A DNA stretch of 64,000 nt, taken from positions 4,595 through 68,594 of the forward strand of contig MPNQ01000005.1 of assembly GCA_002239105.1 (NCBI GenBank), given 5' to 3'. This DNA comes from a marine group bacterium Sva0996 bin134 (GTDB taxonomy: Bacteria; Actinomycetota; Acidimicrobiia; Acidimicrobiales; Bin134). The position numbers and the translations under genes are program-made. The notes under the pieces were generated by a model that had not been told where the DNA came from, did not search any database, and was given only the letters and a program-made list of their open reading frames with translations. Each line of letters begins with the position of its first letter. Positions within the stretch are counted from its first letter, which is position 1. Below, piece after piece: positions 17,942 to 28,100 of this stretch.

Positions 17942-19555
17942 TCAGGCGGAGTCGGTCACCCGAACCAAGAGCACGCCTTCGGGGGATTCGAGGCCTATGG
18001 CCGCCTCGGCCACTTCCCCGGCGGGGCGCTTAGAGGAGAATGCCAGGCGCCACTGCCCCGGCGGGAGCTGGAAGTCGGTGGGAATGTCGGCCAAGTTAAG
18101 GGCGCACACGCAGTCGCCGCGGCGGAAGCCGATCACCGGGGCCGACCGGTCGGTCAACCACTCCAGCTTGCGGGCTTGGAGGTCGTCGAGTTGGTGGCGC
18201 ACGGCAAGGAGTTCCCGGTATTTGTTCAGCGTCGATCCAGGGTCGTCGCGCTGAGCCGACACGGTGTCGGCGTCGGCCCGGCCCACGGGCAGCCACGGCT
18301 CTGATCCTTCGGTGAACCCGCCGCTCGGCCCCGGCAACCACGGCATCGGGGTGCGGCATCCGTCGCGGCCGTCGGCGGGGTTCTGGTTCCGGACGGCCAC
18401 CGGATCCTGGCGCTGATCGAGGGGTACGTCCACCTCCTCGAGGCCCAGCTCATCGCCCTGGTAGAGGAACGGCAGGCCGGGCAGGGCAAAAAGCAGCACG
18501 CAGTAGGCCAGCGACCGCGACTGGCCCAGCTCACCGCCGCCCAACCGGGTGGGTGCCCGGGGATCGTCGTGGCTGCTGATGGCCCAGGACAAGTCCCGGG
18601 GTGCGGCGTCGAGCGCATCCCGGAACGTGGACCACATGGCCGCCGGATCCCAGGGGGTGTGCATGGGGGCGAAGTAGAAGGCCCGGTGCAGACCGTCTTG
18701 GTTGGCCACATACCGGCTCACCTGATTGGGATTGTTGTCCCTCAGGTAGACCTCCCCCAAAAGCAAGGCGTCATAGTGCTCTGCGATGGCCCTCCAACGG
18801 CGGTAGATGGCGGTGTTGCCCCCCTGGTCGAGGTCGTAGCGGTGGTCATAGCAGCCGAACGCCTGACGGGGGCTCATGTCGGGGGTGACCGGGAACCGCT
18901 GCGGGTTGTCGGGCATGAGCATGTTCTTGACCAGGCCATGGGCCACGTCCACCCGAAAGCCGTCCACATCGCGATCCAGCCAGAACGCCAGCACATCGTC
19001 GAACTCCCGCACCAGGTTGGGGTTGGACCAGTTCAAGTCGGGCTGCTCGGGCAGAAACAGGTGGAGGTAGTACTGCTCGGAGGCTTCGTCCAATGTCCAG
19101 GCCGGCCCGCCGAAGTGCGATATCCAGTTGTTGGGGGGCCCGCCGCCCAAAGCCGGGTCCCGCCAGTGATAAAGGCCCCGCATGGGGCTGTCGGGGTCGG
19201 CCCGGGAGGTCTTGAACCACGGATGCTGGTCGGAGGAGTGGTTGGGAACCAGATCGATGAGCACCCGCAGGCCCAGGCGATGGGCCTCGGCGATGCAGGC
19301 GTCGAAGTCGCCCAGCGTTCCGAACAGGGGGTCGACCCCGGTGTAGTCGGCCACGTCGTAGCCGAAATCGGCCATGGGCGACGGGTAGAAGGGGGTGATC
19401 CACACGATGCCGACGCCGAGCCACGCCAGGTATTCCAGCTTGGAGGTCAGGCCGGGAAAGTCCCCGATTCCGTCGCCGTTGCCGTCGGCGAACGACCGGA
19501 TGTACACCTCATAGCCCACCTCGCGGTCCCACCAGCGCAGGTTGTTGTCGCTCAT
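17942..19555 (-). CDS. GH13 alpha-glucosidase / oligo-1,6-glucosidase
   Basis: YIRSFADGNGDGIGD, DLVPNHSSDQHPWF, DGFRVDVAH, YQGDELGL, RDGCRTPMPW. Confidence 0.93.
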   Translation of the reverse strand: MSDNNLRWWDREVGYEVYIRSFADGNGDGIGDFPGLTSKLEYLAWLGVGIVWITPFYPSPMADFGYDVADYTGVDPLFGTLGDFDACIAEAHRLGLRVLIDLVPNHSSDQHPWFKTSRADPDSPMRGLYHWRDPALGGGPPNNWISHFGGPAWTLDEASEQYYLHLFLPEQPDLNWSNPNLVREFDDVLAFWLDRDVDGFRVDVAHGLVKNMLMPDNPQRFPVTPDMSPRQAFGCYDHRYDLDQGGNTAIYRRWRAIAEHYDALLLGEVYLRDNNPNQVSRYVANQDGLHRAFYFAPMHTPWDPAAMWSTFRDALDAAPRDLSWAISSHDDPRAPTRLGGGELGQSRSLAYCVLLFALPGLPFLYQGDELGLEEVDVPLDQRQDPVAVRNQNPADGRDGCRTPMPWLPGPSGGFTEGSEPWLPVGRADADTVSAQRDDPGSTLNKYRELLAVRHQLDDLQARKLEWLTDRSAPVIGFRRGDCVCALNLADIPTDFQLPPGQWRLAFSSKRPAGEVAEAAIGLESPEGVLLVRVTDSA

Positions 19556-19591
19556 GGCCGGGTGCCTCTCATCGAATCGACTGGCGGTTGC

Positions 19592-20686
19592 TCAGTCGAA
19601 GGCGATGACGCTTCGAACCACGTCGCCGGCTTTCATGGCGGCGAAGCCCTCGTTCACGTCGTCGAGGCCGATGGTGGCCGACACCATCTCGTCGAGCATC
19701 AAACGGCCGTCGAGGTAGAGGTCGACCAGGCGGGGCATGTCCACCCGGAATACGTTGGATCCCATCAGCGACCCCTGGAGGCGCTTGTCGGACATGAACA
19801 GCTCTTGTCCCTCAATCTCCACCTTGGATCCCGGGGGGATCATGCCCATCACCGTGGCCGTTCCCCCCCGGCGGATCATCCCAAACGCCTGCTGGGCGGT
19901 GACGGCCAAGCCAATGGCCTCAAAGGAATAGTCCACCCCGCCGCCGGTCAGCTCCAGCACCTGCTCCACCGGGTCGCCGTCGGCGGGATTGACCGTATGG
20001 GTGGCGCCCAAGCGCAGCGCGGTGTCCAGCTTCCGGGGCTCCAAGTCGACGGCGATGATCGTGGTCGCGCCGGCGATTCGGGAGGCCTGTAGCGACGACA
20101 TGCCCACTCCGCCGCAGCCGATCACCGCTACCGAGGCGCCAGGCCCCACACCGGCGGTGCGGAACACTGCGCCGGTTCCGGTGGTTACCCCGCAGCCGAT
20201 TAGCGCGGCCCGGTCCATCGGCATGTCGTCGCGGACCTTCACCACGGCGTTCTCGTGTACCAGCATCTGCTCGGCGAACGACGACAGGTTGGCAAACTGG
20301 AACACCTCTTGGCCGCCCCGGCTGAGCCGGGCGGGCTCATCTTCGGAGCGGACGCACTCGACGCGGCTCCGCACGCACAGGTAGGGCTGGCCGCTCAGGC
20401 ACACCTCGCAGCGCCCGCAGAACACCGACAAACAGCAGATGACGTGGTCGCCGGGCTGCACCTCGCGCACATCGGGCCCTACCGCCTCCACCACCCCGGC
20501 AGCCTCGTGGCCCAACACAATGGGACGGGGCACCACCCAGCCCTCGGTCTCCATGAAGTGCAGATCGCTGTGGCACAGCCCCGAGGCCGCGGTTTGCACC
20601 AGCACCTCGTTGCCGGTGGGTACGGCGACGTCCACCTCGTCTACCACCAGCTCTTCGTGCCCGTCCAAAAACAGCGCTGCTCTCAT
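19592..20686 (-). CDS. Zn-dependent alcohol dehydrogenase (class III-like MDR)
   Basis: CHSDLH, GHEAAG, CGRCEVC…C structural zinc site, GCGGVG. Confidence 0.93.
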   Translation of the reverse strand: MRAALFLDGHEELVVDEVDVAVPTGNEVLVQTAASGLCHSDLHFMETEGWVVPRPIVLGHEAAGVVEAVGPDVREVQPGDHVICCLSVFCGRCEVCLSGQPYLCVRSRVECVRSEDEPARLSRGGQEVFQFANLSSFAEQMLVHENAVVKVRDDMPMDRAALIGCGVTTGTGAVFRTAGVGPGASVAVIGCGGVGMSSLQASRIAGATTIIAVDLEPRKLDTALRLGATHTVNPADGDPVEQVLELTGGGVDYSFEAIGLAVTAQQAFGMIRRGGTATVMGMIPPGSKVEIEGQELFMSDKRLQGSLMGSNVFRVDMPRLVDLYLDGRLMLDEMVSATIGLDDVNEGFAAMKAGDVVRSVIAFD

Positions 20687-20780
20687 CGATTCCTCCCCTG
20701 CCTGATTCGTTGGCAAGCCCCGTCAAACTACCAACGAGGCGCGCTTCTATGCCGAAGCTGGAGCGGCTGAGGCTTCGACG

Positions 20781-23504
20781 TCAGGAACAGCCAGAGGTGG
20801 AGCCGCAGTCGGGGCAGGCGTGGCAGCTTCCGGCCCGCACCATGAGCACGCCGCAGTCGGAGCACACCGGGGCGTGGGCATCCAGGGGGATCTGCCGGGT
20901 ATAGGGCGACGGCGGATCGGGTTCAACGACGTCGCCGTGCACGGCAACCGGCACCTGTTCCTCCACCCCGGGCAGGGTGGGCTGGATCCGTTCGTCGGTG
21001 GTGTACACCCCCAGCCCAAACCGTTCGTCCTGGTTGAGGTAATCCACCGCCATACGGCGGAACAGGTAGTCGATGAGGCTGGTGGCGATGCGGATGTCGG
21101 AATCGTCGGTCATCCCGGCCGGTTCGAAGCGCATGCCGGTGAAGGCATCCACATAAGCCCGCAGCGGCACGCCGTATTGCAGGCCGTGGCTCACCGCCAT
21201 GGCGAAAGAGTCCATGACCCCGGCCAGCGTGGAGCCCTGCTTGGACACCCGAATGAAGATCTCGCCGGGGCTGCCGTCCTCGTACTCCCCGACGGTGGCG
21301 AAGCCCTTGCAGTCGGCCACTCGGAACTCGAATGTCCGGCTGGTGCGGGATCGGGGCAGCCGGCGCCGCTCGGGCAGGGCTTTCGCGGCGCTCTCATCAG
21401 ACGCTGGCGTGCCAGCAGCGGCCCCAGAGTCCGACACCGACAGGGGCTGGCCCAGCTTGCAGTTGTCGCGGTAGACGGCCAGGGCCTTGACGCCCATTTG
21501 CCAGGCGTCCACGAAGAGCTCCTCGATCTCGGCCGCCCCGGTGTCCTCGGGAACGTTGACCGTCTTGCTGATGCCCCCCGACAGCCAGGGCTGCACCGCC
21601 GCCATCATGGCGACATGGCCGTTGGGGGAGATCACGTTGTCGCCCATGGAGCAGGCGAACACCGGCAGATGGGCCGGGTCGATATGGGCCGCGCCCACCA
21701 CCGTGCCCTTCTCATGCACATGGGCCTCAATGCTGTCGACCTGTGCGGGGGTGTAACCCAGCCGGTGCAGCGCCCGGTCTACCGTCTGGTTGACGATGGG
21801 CATGGTGCCGCCGCCCACCAGCTTTTTCGTCTTGACCAGGCCCAGGTCGGGCTCGATGCCGGTGGTGTCGCAATCCATCATGAACGAGATGGTTCCGGTG
21901 GGAGCCAGCACGGTGGCCTGCGAGTTGCGGACACCCACCGTGTCCCCCCACTCCACCGCGGCGTCCCACGCGGCCCGAGCGGCGTCTAGCACATCGGTGG
22001 GCACGGGCTCGCCCTCCAGCCGGCTCAGCGCATCCCGGTGCATGCGCAGCACCCTGCGGGTGGGCTCGCGGTTCTCGGCGAAGCCCTCGAACGGACCGAG
22101 GCGGGCAGCCATGCGCCCTGAGGTCTCGTAGGCCACCCCGGTCATCAGCGCGGTCACCGATGCGGCCAGACCCCGGCCCTCATCGGAGTCATAGGCGAGG
22201 CCCAAGGCCATGAGCATCGCCCCCAGGTTGGCGTAGCCCAAGCCCAGTTGGCGGAACCGGCGGGTGTTGGCCCCGATTTTGTCGGTTGGATAGTGCGACG
22301 GGCCGACCAATATCTCCTGGGCCACGGTCATGACCCTCACCGCCGCGCTGAACCCCTCCACATCGAATACTCCGTCGTCGACGAACGCCAGCAGGTTCAG
22401 GCTGGCCAGGTTGCACGCTGAGTTGTCCAGGTGCAGGTACTCCGAGCAGGGGTTGCTGGCGGTGATGCGGCCGGTGTTGGCCGCGGTGTTCCACCGGTTG
22501 ATGGTGGTCTCGAACTGCACGCCGGGGTCGGCGCACTCCCAGGCCGCCTTGGCGATCTGCGACAGCAGCGAGCGGGCCGACACCGTCTCCACCACCTCGC
22601 CGGTGGTGCGGGCGGTGAGGTGCCACTCGCGGTCGTCGACCACCGCCGACATGAACTCGTCGCTGAGCCGCACCGAGTTGTTGGCGTTTTGATATTGGAT
22701 GGAGTGGACGTCGGCGCCGTCCAGATCCATGTCGAAGCCAGCGTCGCGCAGCGCTAGGGCCTTGCGCTCTTCAATGGCCTTGCACCAGATGAACTCGGCC
22801 ACATCGGGATGGTCGGCATCCAGTACCACCATCTTGGCGGCGCGCCGAGTCTTGCCCCCCGACTTGATGGTGCCCGCCGAGGCATCGGCGCCCCGCATGA
22901 AGCTCACCGGCCCGCTGGGGGCGCCCCCGCCGCTCATTTTCTCCCGCTTGGACCGGATGAGGCTCAAGTTGACGCCGGCCCCCGACCCGCCTTTGAAGAT
23001 GCGGCCCTCCTCGCCGTACCAGTCGAGGATCGACTCCATGGTGTCGTCGACCGACAGGATGAAGCAGGCCGAGGACTGGGGCACTGCGCTGGGAACCCCG
23101 AGGTTGAACCAAACCGGGGAGTTGAACGCGGCGCGCTGGCGCACGAGCAGCCAGCGAAGCTCGTCGGCGAACGCCTCAGCTTCCTCGGGCTCGGCCAGAT
23201 GCCCCGAATCGGTGCCCCACGCCACCAACGTGTCCACCACCCGGTCGATGACTTGACGAAGCGAAGTCTCCCGCTCCGGGGTTCCCAGCCCACCCCGGAA
23301 GTACTTCTGGGTAACGATGTTGCCGGCGTTCACCGACCAGTCGGCGGGGAACTCCACGTTGGTCTGCTCAAAGGCCACTTCGCCGTCTGAGCTGGTGATT
23401 CGGGCGTCGCGACGCTGCCAGTCCACCTCGTCGTAGGGGTGGGTGCCGGCGCGGCTGAAATAGCGGCCCAGGCCGAACCTGGTGCGGTCAGATGCCAGAG
23501 CCAT
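20781..23504 (-). CDS. nrdJ: Adenosylcobalamin-dependent class II ribonucleotide reductase
   Basis: AFNSPVWFN, SACFIL, GGKTRRAAKM, SNPCSEY, APTGTIS, C-terminal CSDCG…CPDCGSTSGCS. Confidence 0.96.
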   Translation of the reverse strand: MALASDRTRFGLGRYFSRAGTHPYDEVDWQRRDARITSSDGEVAFEQTNVEFPADWSVNAGNIVTQKYFRGGLGTPERETSLRQVIDRVVDTLVAWGTDSGHLAEPEEAEAFADELRWLLVRQRAAFNSPVWFNLGVPSAVPQSSACFILSVDDTMESILDWYGEEGRIFKGGSGAGVNLSLIRSKREKMSGGGAPSGPVSFMRGADASAGTIKSGGKTRRAAKMVVLDADHPDVAEFIWCKAIEERKALALRDAGFDMDLDGADVHSIQYQNANNSVRLSDEFMSAVVDDREWHLTARTTGEVVETVSARSLLSQIAKAAWECADPGVQFETTINRWNTAANTGRITASNPCSEYLHLDNSACNLASLNLLAFVDDGVFDVEGFSAAVRVMTVAQEILVGPSHYPTDKIGANTRRFRQLGLGYANLGAMLMALGLAYDSDEGRGLAASVTALMTGVAYETSGRMAARLGPFEGFAENREPTRRVLRMHRDALSRLEGEPVPTDVLDAARAAWDAAVEWGDTVGVRNSQATVLAPTGTISFMMDCDTTGIEPDLGLVKTKKLVGGGTMPIVNQTVDRALHRLGYTPAQVDSIEAHVHEKGTVVGAAHIDPAHLPVFACSMGDNVISPNGHVAMMAAVQPWLSGGISKTVNVPEDTGAAEIEELFVDAWQMGVKALAVYRDNCKLGQPLSVSDSGAAAGTPASDESAAKALPERRRLPRSRTSRTFEFRVADCKGFATVGEYEDGSPGEIFIRVSKQGSTLAGVMDSFAMAVSHGLQYGVPLRAYVDAFTGMRFEPAGMTDDSDIRIATSLIDYLFRRMAVDYLNQDERFGLGVYTTDERIQPTLPGVEEQVPVAVHGDVVEPDPPSPYTRQIPLDAHAPVCSDCGVLMVRAGSCHACPDCGSTSGCS

Positions 23505-23857
23505 CAGCACTCCTCAAAGGAATGCGGCTCCACAAAGCGCATTCCACCATCGTATTTTAGCGGTGACTTTTGAGGCTGCGGCGTGAGTGGCCAGGTCAAA
23601 GGAGCCTCTTGACGAGGCATGCCTGCACCAGACACGCCAGCCCGTTCAAGCGCCGGGCTGAACTCCCCAAGGAGTCGCCTGAACCCCACTATGGTCGTCG
23701 GCGTCAGCCACCATTCCGGACACTCACGCCGCAGCAATAGGTCACGGTAGAGCACGGAGCCTGTGGACGGTAAGGAGGATAAGGAGGATTTCCTGTGGAT
23801 TTCAGGTGAATATCTGGAGACGTGCCGAACCGACCCGCCTGCTACGGTCGACAGCAG

Positions 23858-24592
23858 GTGGATCAGCTGCTCCCTCGGTTCGTCTCCGACGTCGATCCGG
23901 TCGCTGTTTATGCGTCCGACAGCCGCGTCCCGCACCCCGATCGCCCGTGGCTGATGCTGAACATGGTCACCTCCGCCGACGGTGCCACGTCGGCCGATGG
24001 CGTGTCGGGTGGTTTGTCGGGCCCTGAAGACCGGCGGGTGTTCGCGGCCATCCGCGCAGTGGCCGATGTGATCTTGGTGGCGGCCGAGACCGTGCGCAAC
24101 GAGGGCTACGGGCCGCCCAAGGCCAGCCCGGAAATTGCCGCCAGCCGAACGGGCCGGAACCAGGCGCCGAGACCTCGCCTGGCGGTGGTGAGCCGCTCGC
24201 TGGAGCTTGACTACGCCGCTCCGCTGTTCGCCGACCGCCCGCCGCCGATGCTGTTCACGGTGGCCGAGCCGCCCGCTGATCGGCTGGCCCAAGCCGAGGC
24301 GGTGGCCGAAGTCCAGCGTATGGGCGCCGATCGGGTGAACCTGGCCGAGGTCTTGCGCCGCATAGGCCAGTCGGAGGCTGGCGTGGTGCTGGCCGAGGGT
24401 GGACCCAGCCTCAACGGGCAGCTTTTGGCCGCCGGGCTCTTGGACGAGCTGTGCTGGACGATCTCGCCGAAACTGGCCGGCGGCGACTCCCCCAGGATGG
24501 CGCGGGGCACCCCGCCCCGGCTCGACCAGCTCCGGCTGGATCGGGTGCTGGCTCAAGACCACACCCTGTTCTTGCGCTACCTCACTCACTGA
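23858..24592 (+). CDS. RibD C-terminal (pyrimidine reductase / DHFR-like) domain protein
   Basis: NMVTSADG…ADVILVAAETVRNEGYGP…EGGPSLNG…DELCWTISPKL. Confidence 0.88.
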   Translation: MDQLLPRFVSDVDPVAVYASDSRVPHPDRPWLMLNMVTSADGATSADGVSGGLSGPEDRRVFAAIRAVADVILVAAETVRNEGYGPPKASPEIAASRTGRNQAPRPRLAVVSRSLELDYAAPLFADRPPPMLFTVAEPPADRLAQAEAVAEVQRMGADRVNLAEVLRRIGQSEAGVVLAEGGPSLNGQLLAAGLLDELCWTISPKLAGGDSPRMARGTPPRLDQLRLDRVLAQDHTLFLRYLTH

Positions 24593-24869
24593 CCCGAAGG
24601 GCGGTATCGCCCACGATCACGTAGCCGGGCTCGGACTGGGTTTGCCCCGCTGGACTTTCTGGACTGAGCGACCAATGAAGTTCAGAGGCCAGCAGCGAGC
24701 TGACCCACAGCAACAGCATCAACACGGCGACAGCCAGCGCTCTGCGGAACCAGTACACCGAAGCGGGCAGCCGGTGTACGACAGAGGGGCGGCGCGGTTG
24801 AGTCGGGCAACTGGTGACTAGGGCCAACGCGGGCCGAATCGGAGGTTGATCGCACATGGGTAGAGCCAT
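24582..24869 (-). CDS. Small membrane protein resembling a truncated ChiZ/YneA-like LysM cell-division inhibitor
   Basis: VYWFRRALAVAVLMLLL TM segment, then YVIVGDT resembling only the start of a LysM domain (YxVxxGDTL); position upstream of nrdJ. Confidence 0.5.
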   Translation of the reverse strand: MALPMCDQPPIRPALALVTSCPTQPRRPSVVHRLPASVYWFRRALAVAVLMLLLWVSSLLASELHWSLSPESPAGQTQSEPGYVIVGDTALRVSE

Positions 24870-24875
24870 GTGACC

Positions 24876-24903
24876 ATTGTCCAGATCGGGGTGACAGTAT
24901 GTC
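24876..24903 (-). promoter_or_regulatory. Putative DNA-damage (PafBC/RecA-NDp-like) leaderless promoter with GACA-N3-TGTC palindrome
   Basis: Minus strand reads GACATACTGTCACCCCGATCTGGACAAT-N6-ATG; shares GACAwACTGTCACC with the recA upstream region. Confidence 0.45.
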
Positions 24904-24949
24904 GTAACATGGCCGTTAAGCTGGTCTTATATAAATTTCAACCAGGTAT

Positions 24950-26014
24950 TTAGCCGACTGTGAGCAGCGCTTCCAAACAGCTTTTGTACGACTCGACGGC
25001 AGCCCGGTCCACCCGCTCCTCGGCGGTGTGGGCCAGGGTTGAATCCCCAGGCCCGTAGTTGGCCGCGGGGACGCCCCGCTCGGCGAAGAAGGCAACATCT
25101 GTCCACCCGAGCTTGGCCTTGACCTCCAGCCGATTATCCCCGATGAGCCTTTGCAGCACTGGATGGCCCAAGCCCGGCAGGGCGGCCGGAGAATGCTCTG
25201 TCACCTCGAAGTGGTCATTGTCACCCATCGCCGGAGCCAGCAGCTCCCTCAGGGCCGCTTCGGCGGCCTCGGCCTCTCGGTCGGGGGCGTAACGGTAGCC
25301 CACCGTCACCTCGGCGCTGTCGGGCACCACGTTGCCGGCCACTCCACCGCCGATGGCTACCGCTTGGAGCGACTCACGGTACTGGCAGCCGTCGATCTCC
25401 GGCATTCGGGGCTCGTAGGCGTCCACCAAAGCGAGCAGCGACCCCAGCCGGTGGATGGCATTGACCCCCATCCACGGCCTAGCGGTGTGGGCCCGGGCCC
25501 CGGCCATTTTCACCACTGCCCGCATCGATCCCTGGCAACCGGCCTCCACCGCTCCCCCGGTGGGCTCGCCCAGAATGGCGACATCGGCGGCCAGCAAGTC
25601 GGGGTGGACGTCGAACAGCTCCCGCAACCCGCTGTCGGTGACGCGGACCTCTTCGCGGGCATACACCAGCCAGGTCACATCCACCGCGGGCTCTGGCAAT
25701 GTGGCGGCCAGATCCAGCATCACGGCCAATGCAGCCTTCATATCGGCCGCCCCGAGTCCCCACAGCACGTCGCCGTCGATTCGAGCCGCCGCATTGCCGT
25801 TGGGAGGCACGGTGTCGCTGTGGCCGCCGATCAACACCCGAATTGGGCGGCCCAATTCGGTGCGGGCCACCACGTTGTCGCCCACTCGGTGAACGGCCAG
25901 CGCGGGCACATCCCGCAAGCGGCCCTCGATCAGATCGGCAATGGCCCCCTCGTGGTACGACACCGAGGCCACATCGACCAGCTCAGCCGTTGCGGCCAGC
26001 AAATCTGTGGTCAC
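24950..26014 (-). CDS. dapE: Succinyl-diaminopimelate desuccinylase
   Basis: GHSDTVP, GLGAADMK, AREE, GEPT, AHTARPWMGVNAIH, GWTDVA. Confidence 0.93.
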   Translation of the reverse strand: MTTDLLAATAELVDVASVSYHEGAIADLIEGRLRDVPALAVHRVGDNVVARTELGRPIRVLIGGHSDTVPPNGNAAARIDGDVLWGLGAADMKAALAVMLDLAATLPEPAVDVTWLVYAREEVRVTDSGLRELFDVHPDLLAADVAILGEPTGGAVEAGCQGSMRAVVKMAGARAHTARPWMGVNAIHRLGSLLALVDAYEPRMPEIDGCQYRESLQAVAIGGGVAGNVVPDSAEVTVGYRYAPDREAEAAEAALRELLAPAMGDNDHFEVTEHSPAALPGLGHPVLQRLIGDNRLEVKAKLGWTDVAFFAERGVPAANYGPGDSTLAHTAEERVDRAAVESYKSCLEALLTVG

Positions 26015-26093
26015 AACGCCGCCCAGCAAGGCCCAAACGGGCCACCATTCGCAGGCTCCTCCCCAAAAGGGCCAGCCTGTGGATAAACCATGG

Positions 26094-26918
26094 CTAAGTG
26101 GCCGCCCCGTGATCGCGCAGTACCGCATTCAATTGGGCCTTGTCGTGGCGCTCGCCGGGCTCAAGATGCTTGATCACCAACACGCAGGGCATGCCGAACG
26201 TCCCCCCGTCGAAGGTGCGGGGCCGGGTAGCAGACACCGCCACCGACCAGGCCGGCACCGAGCCGCGGCCCAGCTCTTCGCCGGTGGCCGCGTCGATGAC
26301 CGGGATAGAGCCGGTGAGCACGCATCCCGCGCCCAGAACCACCCCGTCGCCCAGCTGGGCGCCTTCGGCCACGATGCAGCGGCTGCCCACCAGGCAGTCG
26401 TCGCCGACGATCACCGGAGCGGCCTGGGGGGGTTCCAGCACGCCGCCGATGCCCACCCCGCCCGACAGGTGGACGTTGGCCCCGATCTGGGCGCACGAGC
26501 CCACGGTGGCCCAGGTGTCGACCATGGTGTTGGCCCCCACCCGGGCGCCAATGTTCACGTAGCTGGGCATCATGATCACGCCCCGGTCCAGAAACGAGCC
26601 CCAGCGGGCCGACGCCCCCGGCACCACCCGCACTCCGGCGGCCTGGTAGTCGCTCTTGAGGGGGATCTTGTCGGCGAACTCGAACGGGCCCAGCTCCATG
26701 GTCTCCATCTCGGCCATCGAGAACAACAACAAGATGGCCTGCTTGAGCCACTGGTTCACCACTACCTCGCCGTCGTCTCCCACCTCGGCCACCCGGGCGG
26801 CACCAGAGTCGAGCAGGCCGATGGCCTCGTTTACCGCGGCCCGCGCCTCGGGGTCGCCCTGAGCTATCGGTGTGCGGTCGGCCCACAGCCCCTCGATCCG
26901 AGCTTGCAGATCGCTCAT
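26094..26918 (-). CDS. dapD: Tetrahydrodipicolinate N-succinyltransferase
   Basis: DKIPLK, RVVPGA, MPSYVNIGA, DTWATVGSCAQIG, GGVLEP hexapeptide repeats. Confidence 0.95.
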   Translation of the reverse strand: MSDLQARIEGLWADRTPIAQGDPEARAAVNEAIGLLDSGAARVAEVGDDGEVVVNQWLKQAILLLFSMAEMETMELGPFEFADKIPLKSDYQAAGVRVVPGASARWGSFLDRGVIMMPSYVNIGARVGANTMVDTWATVGSCAQIGANVHLSGGVGIGGVLEPPQAAPVIVGDDCLVGSRCIVAEGAQLGDGVVLGAGCVLTGSIPVIDAATGEELGRGSVPAWSVAVSATRPRTFDGGTFGMPCVLVIKHLEPGERHDKAQLNAVLRDHGAAT

Positions 26919-26943
26919 TGCCTCAACCTCGCATTGCCTTGAC

Positions 26944-28089
26944 TCATCGCCCCACGGTATCCCCGCGCCGGGCCGCCATCCGCTGTTCAAGCAGGCCGAT
27001 CCGGGCGTCGGGAGCCACCGCGGCCACCCTGATGTGGCCAGCGCCTGCTGAACCATAGAACTCCCCCGGGCTTACCAGCGCCCCCATTTCCTCGGCCACC
27101 CGGCGGGCCAGCGTCCAGCCGTCGCCGTCGGGAGACGCCACCCACAGGTAGAAGGCACCTCCGGGGGTTGCCACCGCAGGGTCATAGGCTGAGAGAAGCG
27201 CCCGCAGGCGGCTCAGGCGAGACCGATAGACGGCCCTCTGGGCATCGACGTGGGCGTCGTCGCCCAATGCCACTGCCGCGGCGGCCTGCGCCGGGCCGGG
27301 AATCATCATCCCGGCGTGCTTTCTGACCTCCGACAAGTAGTGGACCAAGTCGGGATCACCGGCGTAGAAGCCGGCCCGGACGCCAGCCAGGTTGGACCGC
27401 TTGGACAGCGAGTGAACCGCCATCACCCCGGTTGACCCCTGGCTCAAGATGCTGGCCTCGGGGCTCCTGTCTTGTTCGGCGTCCCATATGTATTCGATGT
27501 AGCACTCGTCGCTGAAGACCGGAACTCTGTGGAGACGTCCCCAATCGGCTACCGCCGCCAGATCTTCAAGACCGCCCGCCGGGTTGCCCGGGGTGTTGAC
27601 CCACAGGCATAGAGAGCGACCGGCATCGTCGGGATCGACCGCGGCCAAATCTAGGCACCACTGGTCGTCCACGGGGACGGGAACTGCCCGGCAGCCGGCC
27701 AAAAGGGCGCCCATGGCATACGACGGGTACGAGACGGCCGGGTACAGAACGGTGTCGCGGCTGGGATCCCGCAACTTCAGGTAATGGGGCAGCGAGGCCA
27801 CAAATTCCTTGGTGCCCACACATCCGGCTACGGCGGCCCCGGTGGTGTCGATGCCGAACCGCCGGGCCAGCCAGCCCATTGCCGCCTCCCGATAGGCGGC
27901 CGATCCCAGCGACGCCGGGTAGCCCCGCTCAGCGTCGGAGGCCGAGAGGGCGGCCACCACCGCGGGCGGGGGCGGGTCGGACGGGGCCCCCACCGACAGG
28001 TCGACACATCCGCCTTCGAAGCCGTCGGCCACCGCCCGCAGCTCGTCGAGGCGGTCGTAGGGATAGGGAGGGGGTACGAATCCGGCCAT
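26944..28089 (-). CDS. dapC: Succinyldiaminopimelate aminotransferase
   Basis: DLSVGAPSDP, SDECY, HSLSKRSNLAGVRAGF; adjacent to dapD and dapE. Confidence 0.88.
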   Translation of the reverse strand: MAGFVPPPYPYDRLDELRAVADGFEGGCVDLSVGAPSDPPPPAVVAALSASDAERGYPASLGSAAYREAAMGWLARRFGIDTTGAAVAGCVGTKEFVASLPHYLKLRDPSRDTVLYPAVSYPSYAMGALLAGCRAVPVPVDDQWCLDLAAVDPDDAGRSLCLWVNTPGNPAGGLEDLAAVADWGRLHRVPVFSDECYIEYIWDAEQDRSPEASILSQGSTGVMAVHSLSKRSNLAGVRAGFYAGDPDLVHYLSEVRKHAGMMIPGPAQAAAAVALGDDAHVDAQRAVYRSRLSRLRALLSAYDPAVATPGGAFYLWVASPDGDGWTLARRVAEEMGALVSPGEFYGSAGAGHIRVAAVAPDARIGLLEQRMAARRGDTVGR

Positions 28090-28100
28090 AGACGGCTCTT

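Noticed and set aside
23510-23820. NrdR boxes or a cobalamin riboswitch upstream of nrdJ
   Set aside because: Only weak partial resemblance; no tandem 16-bp palindromes or B12-box seen.
26078-26086. Perfect DnaA box TGTGGATAA between dapD and dapE
   Set aside because: Single copy with no cluster or AT-rich unwinding element; not an origin, and function cannot be supported.
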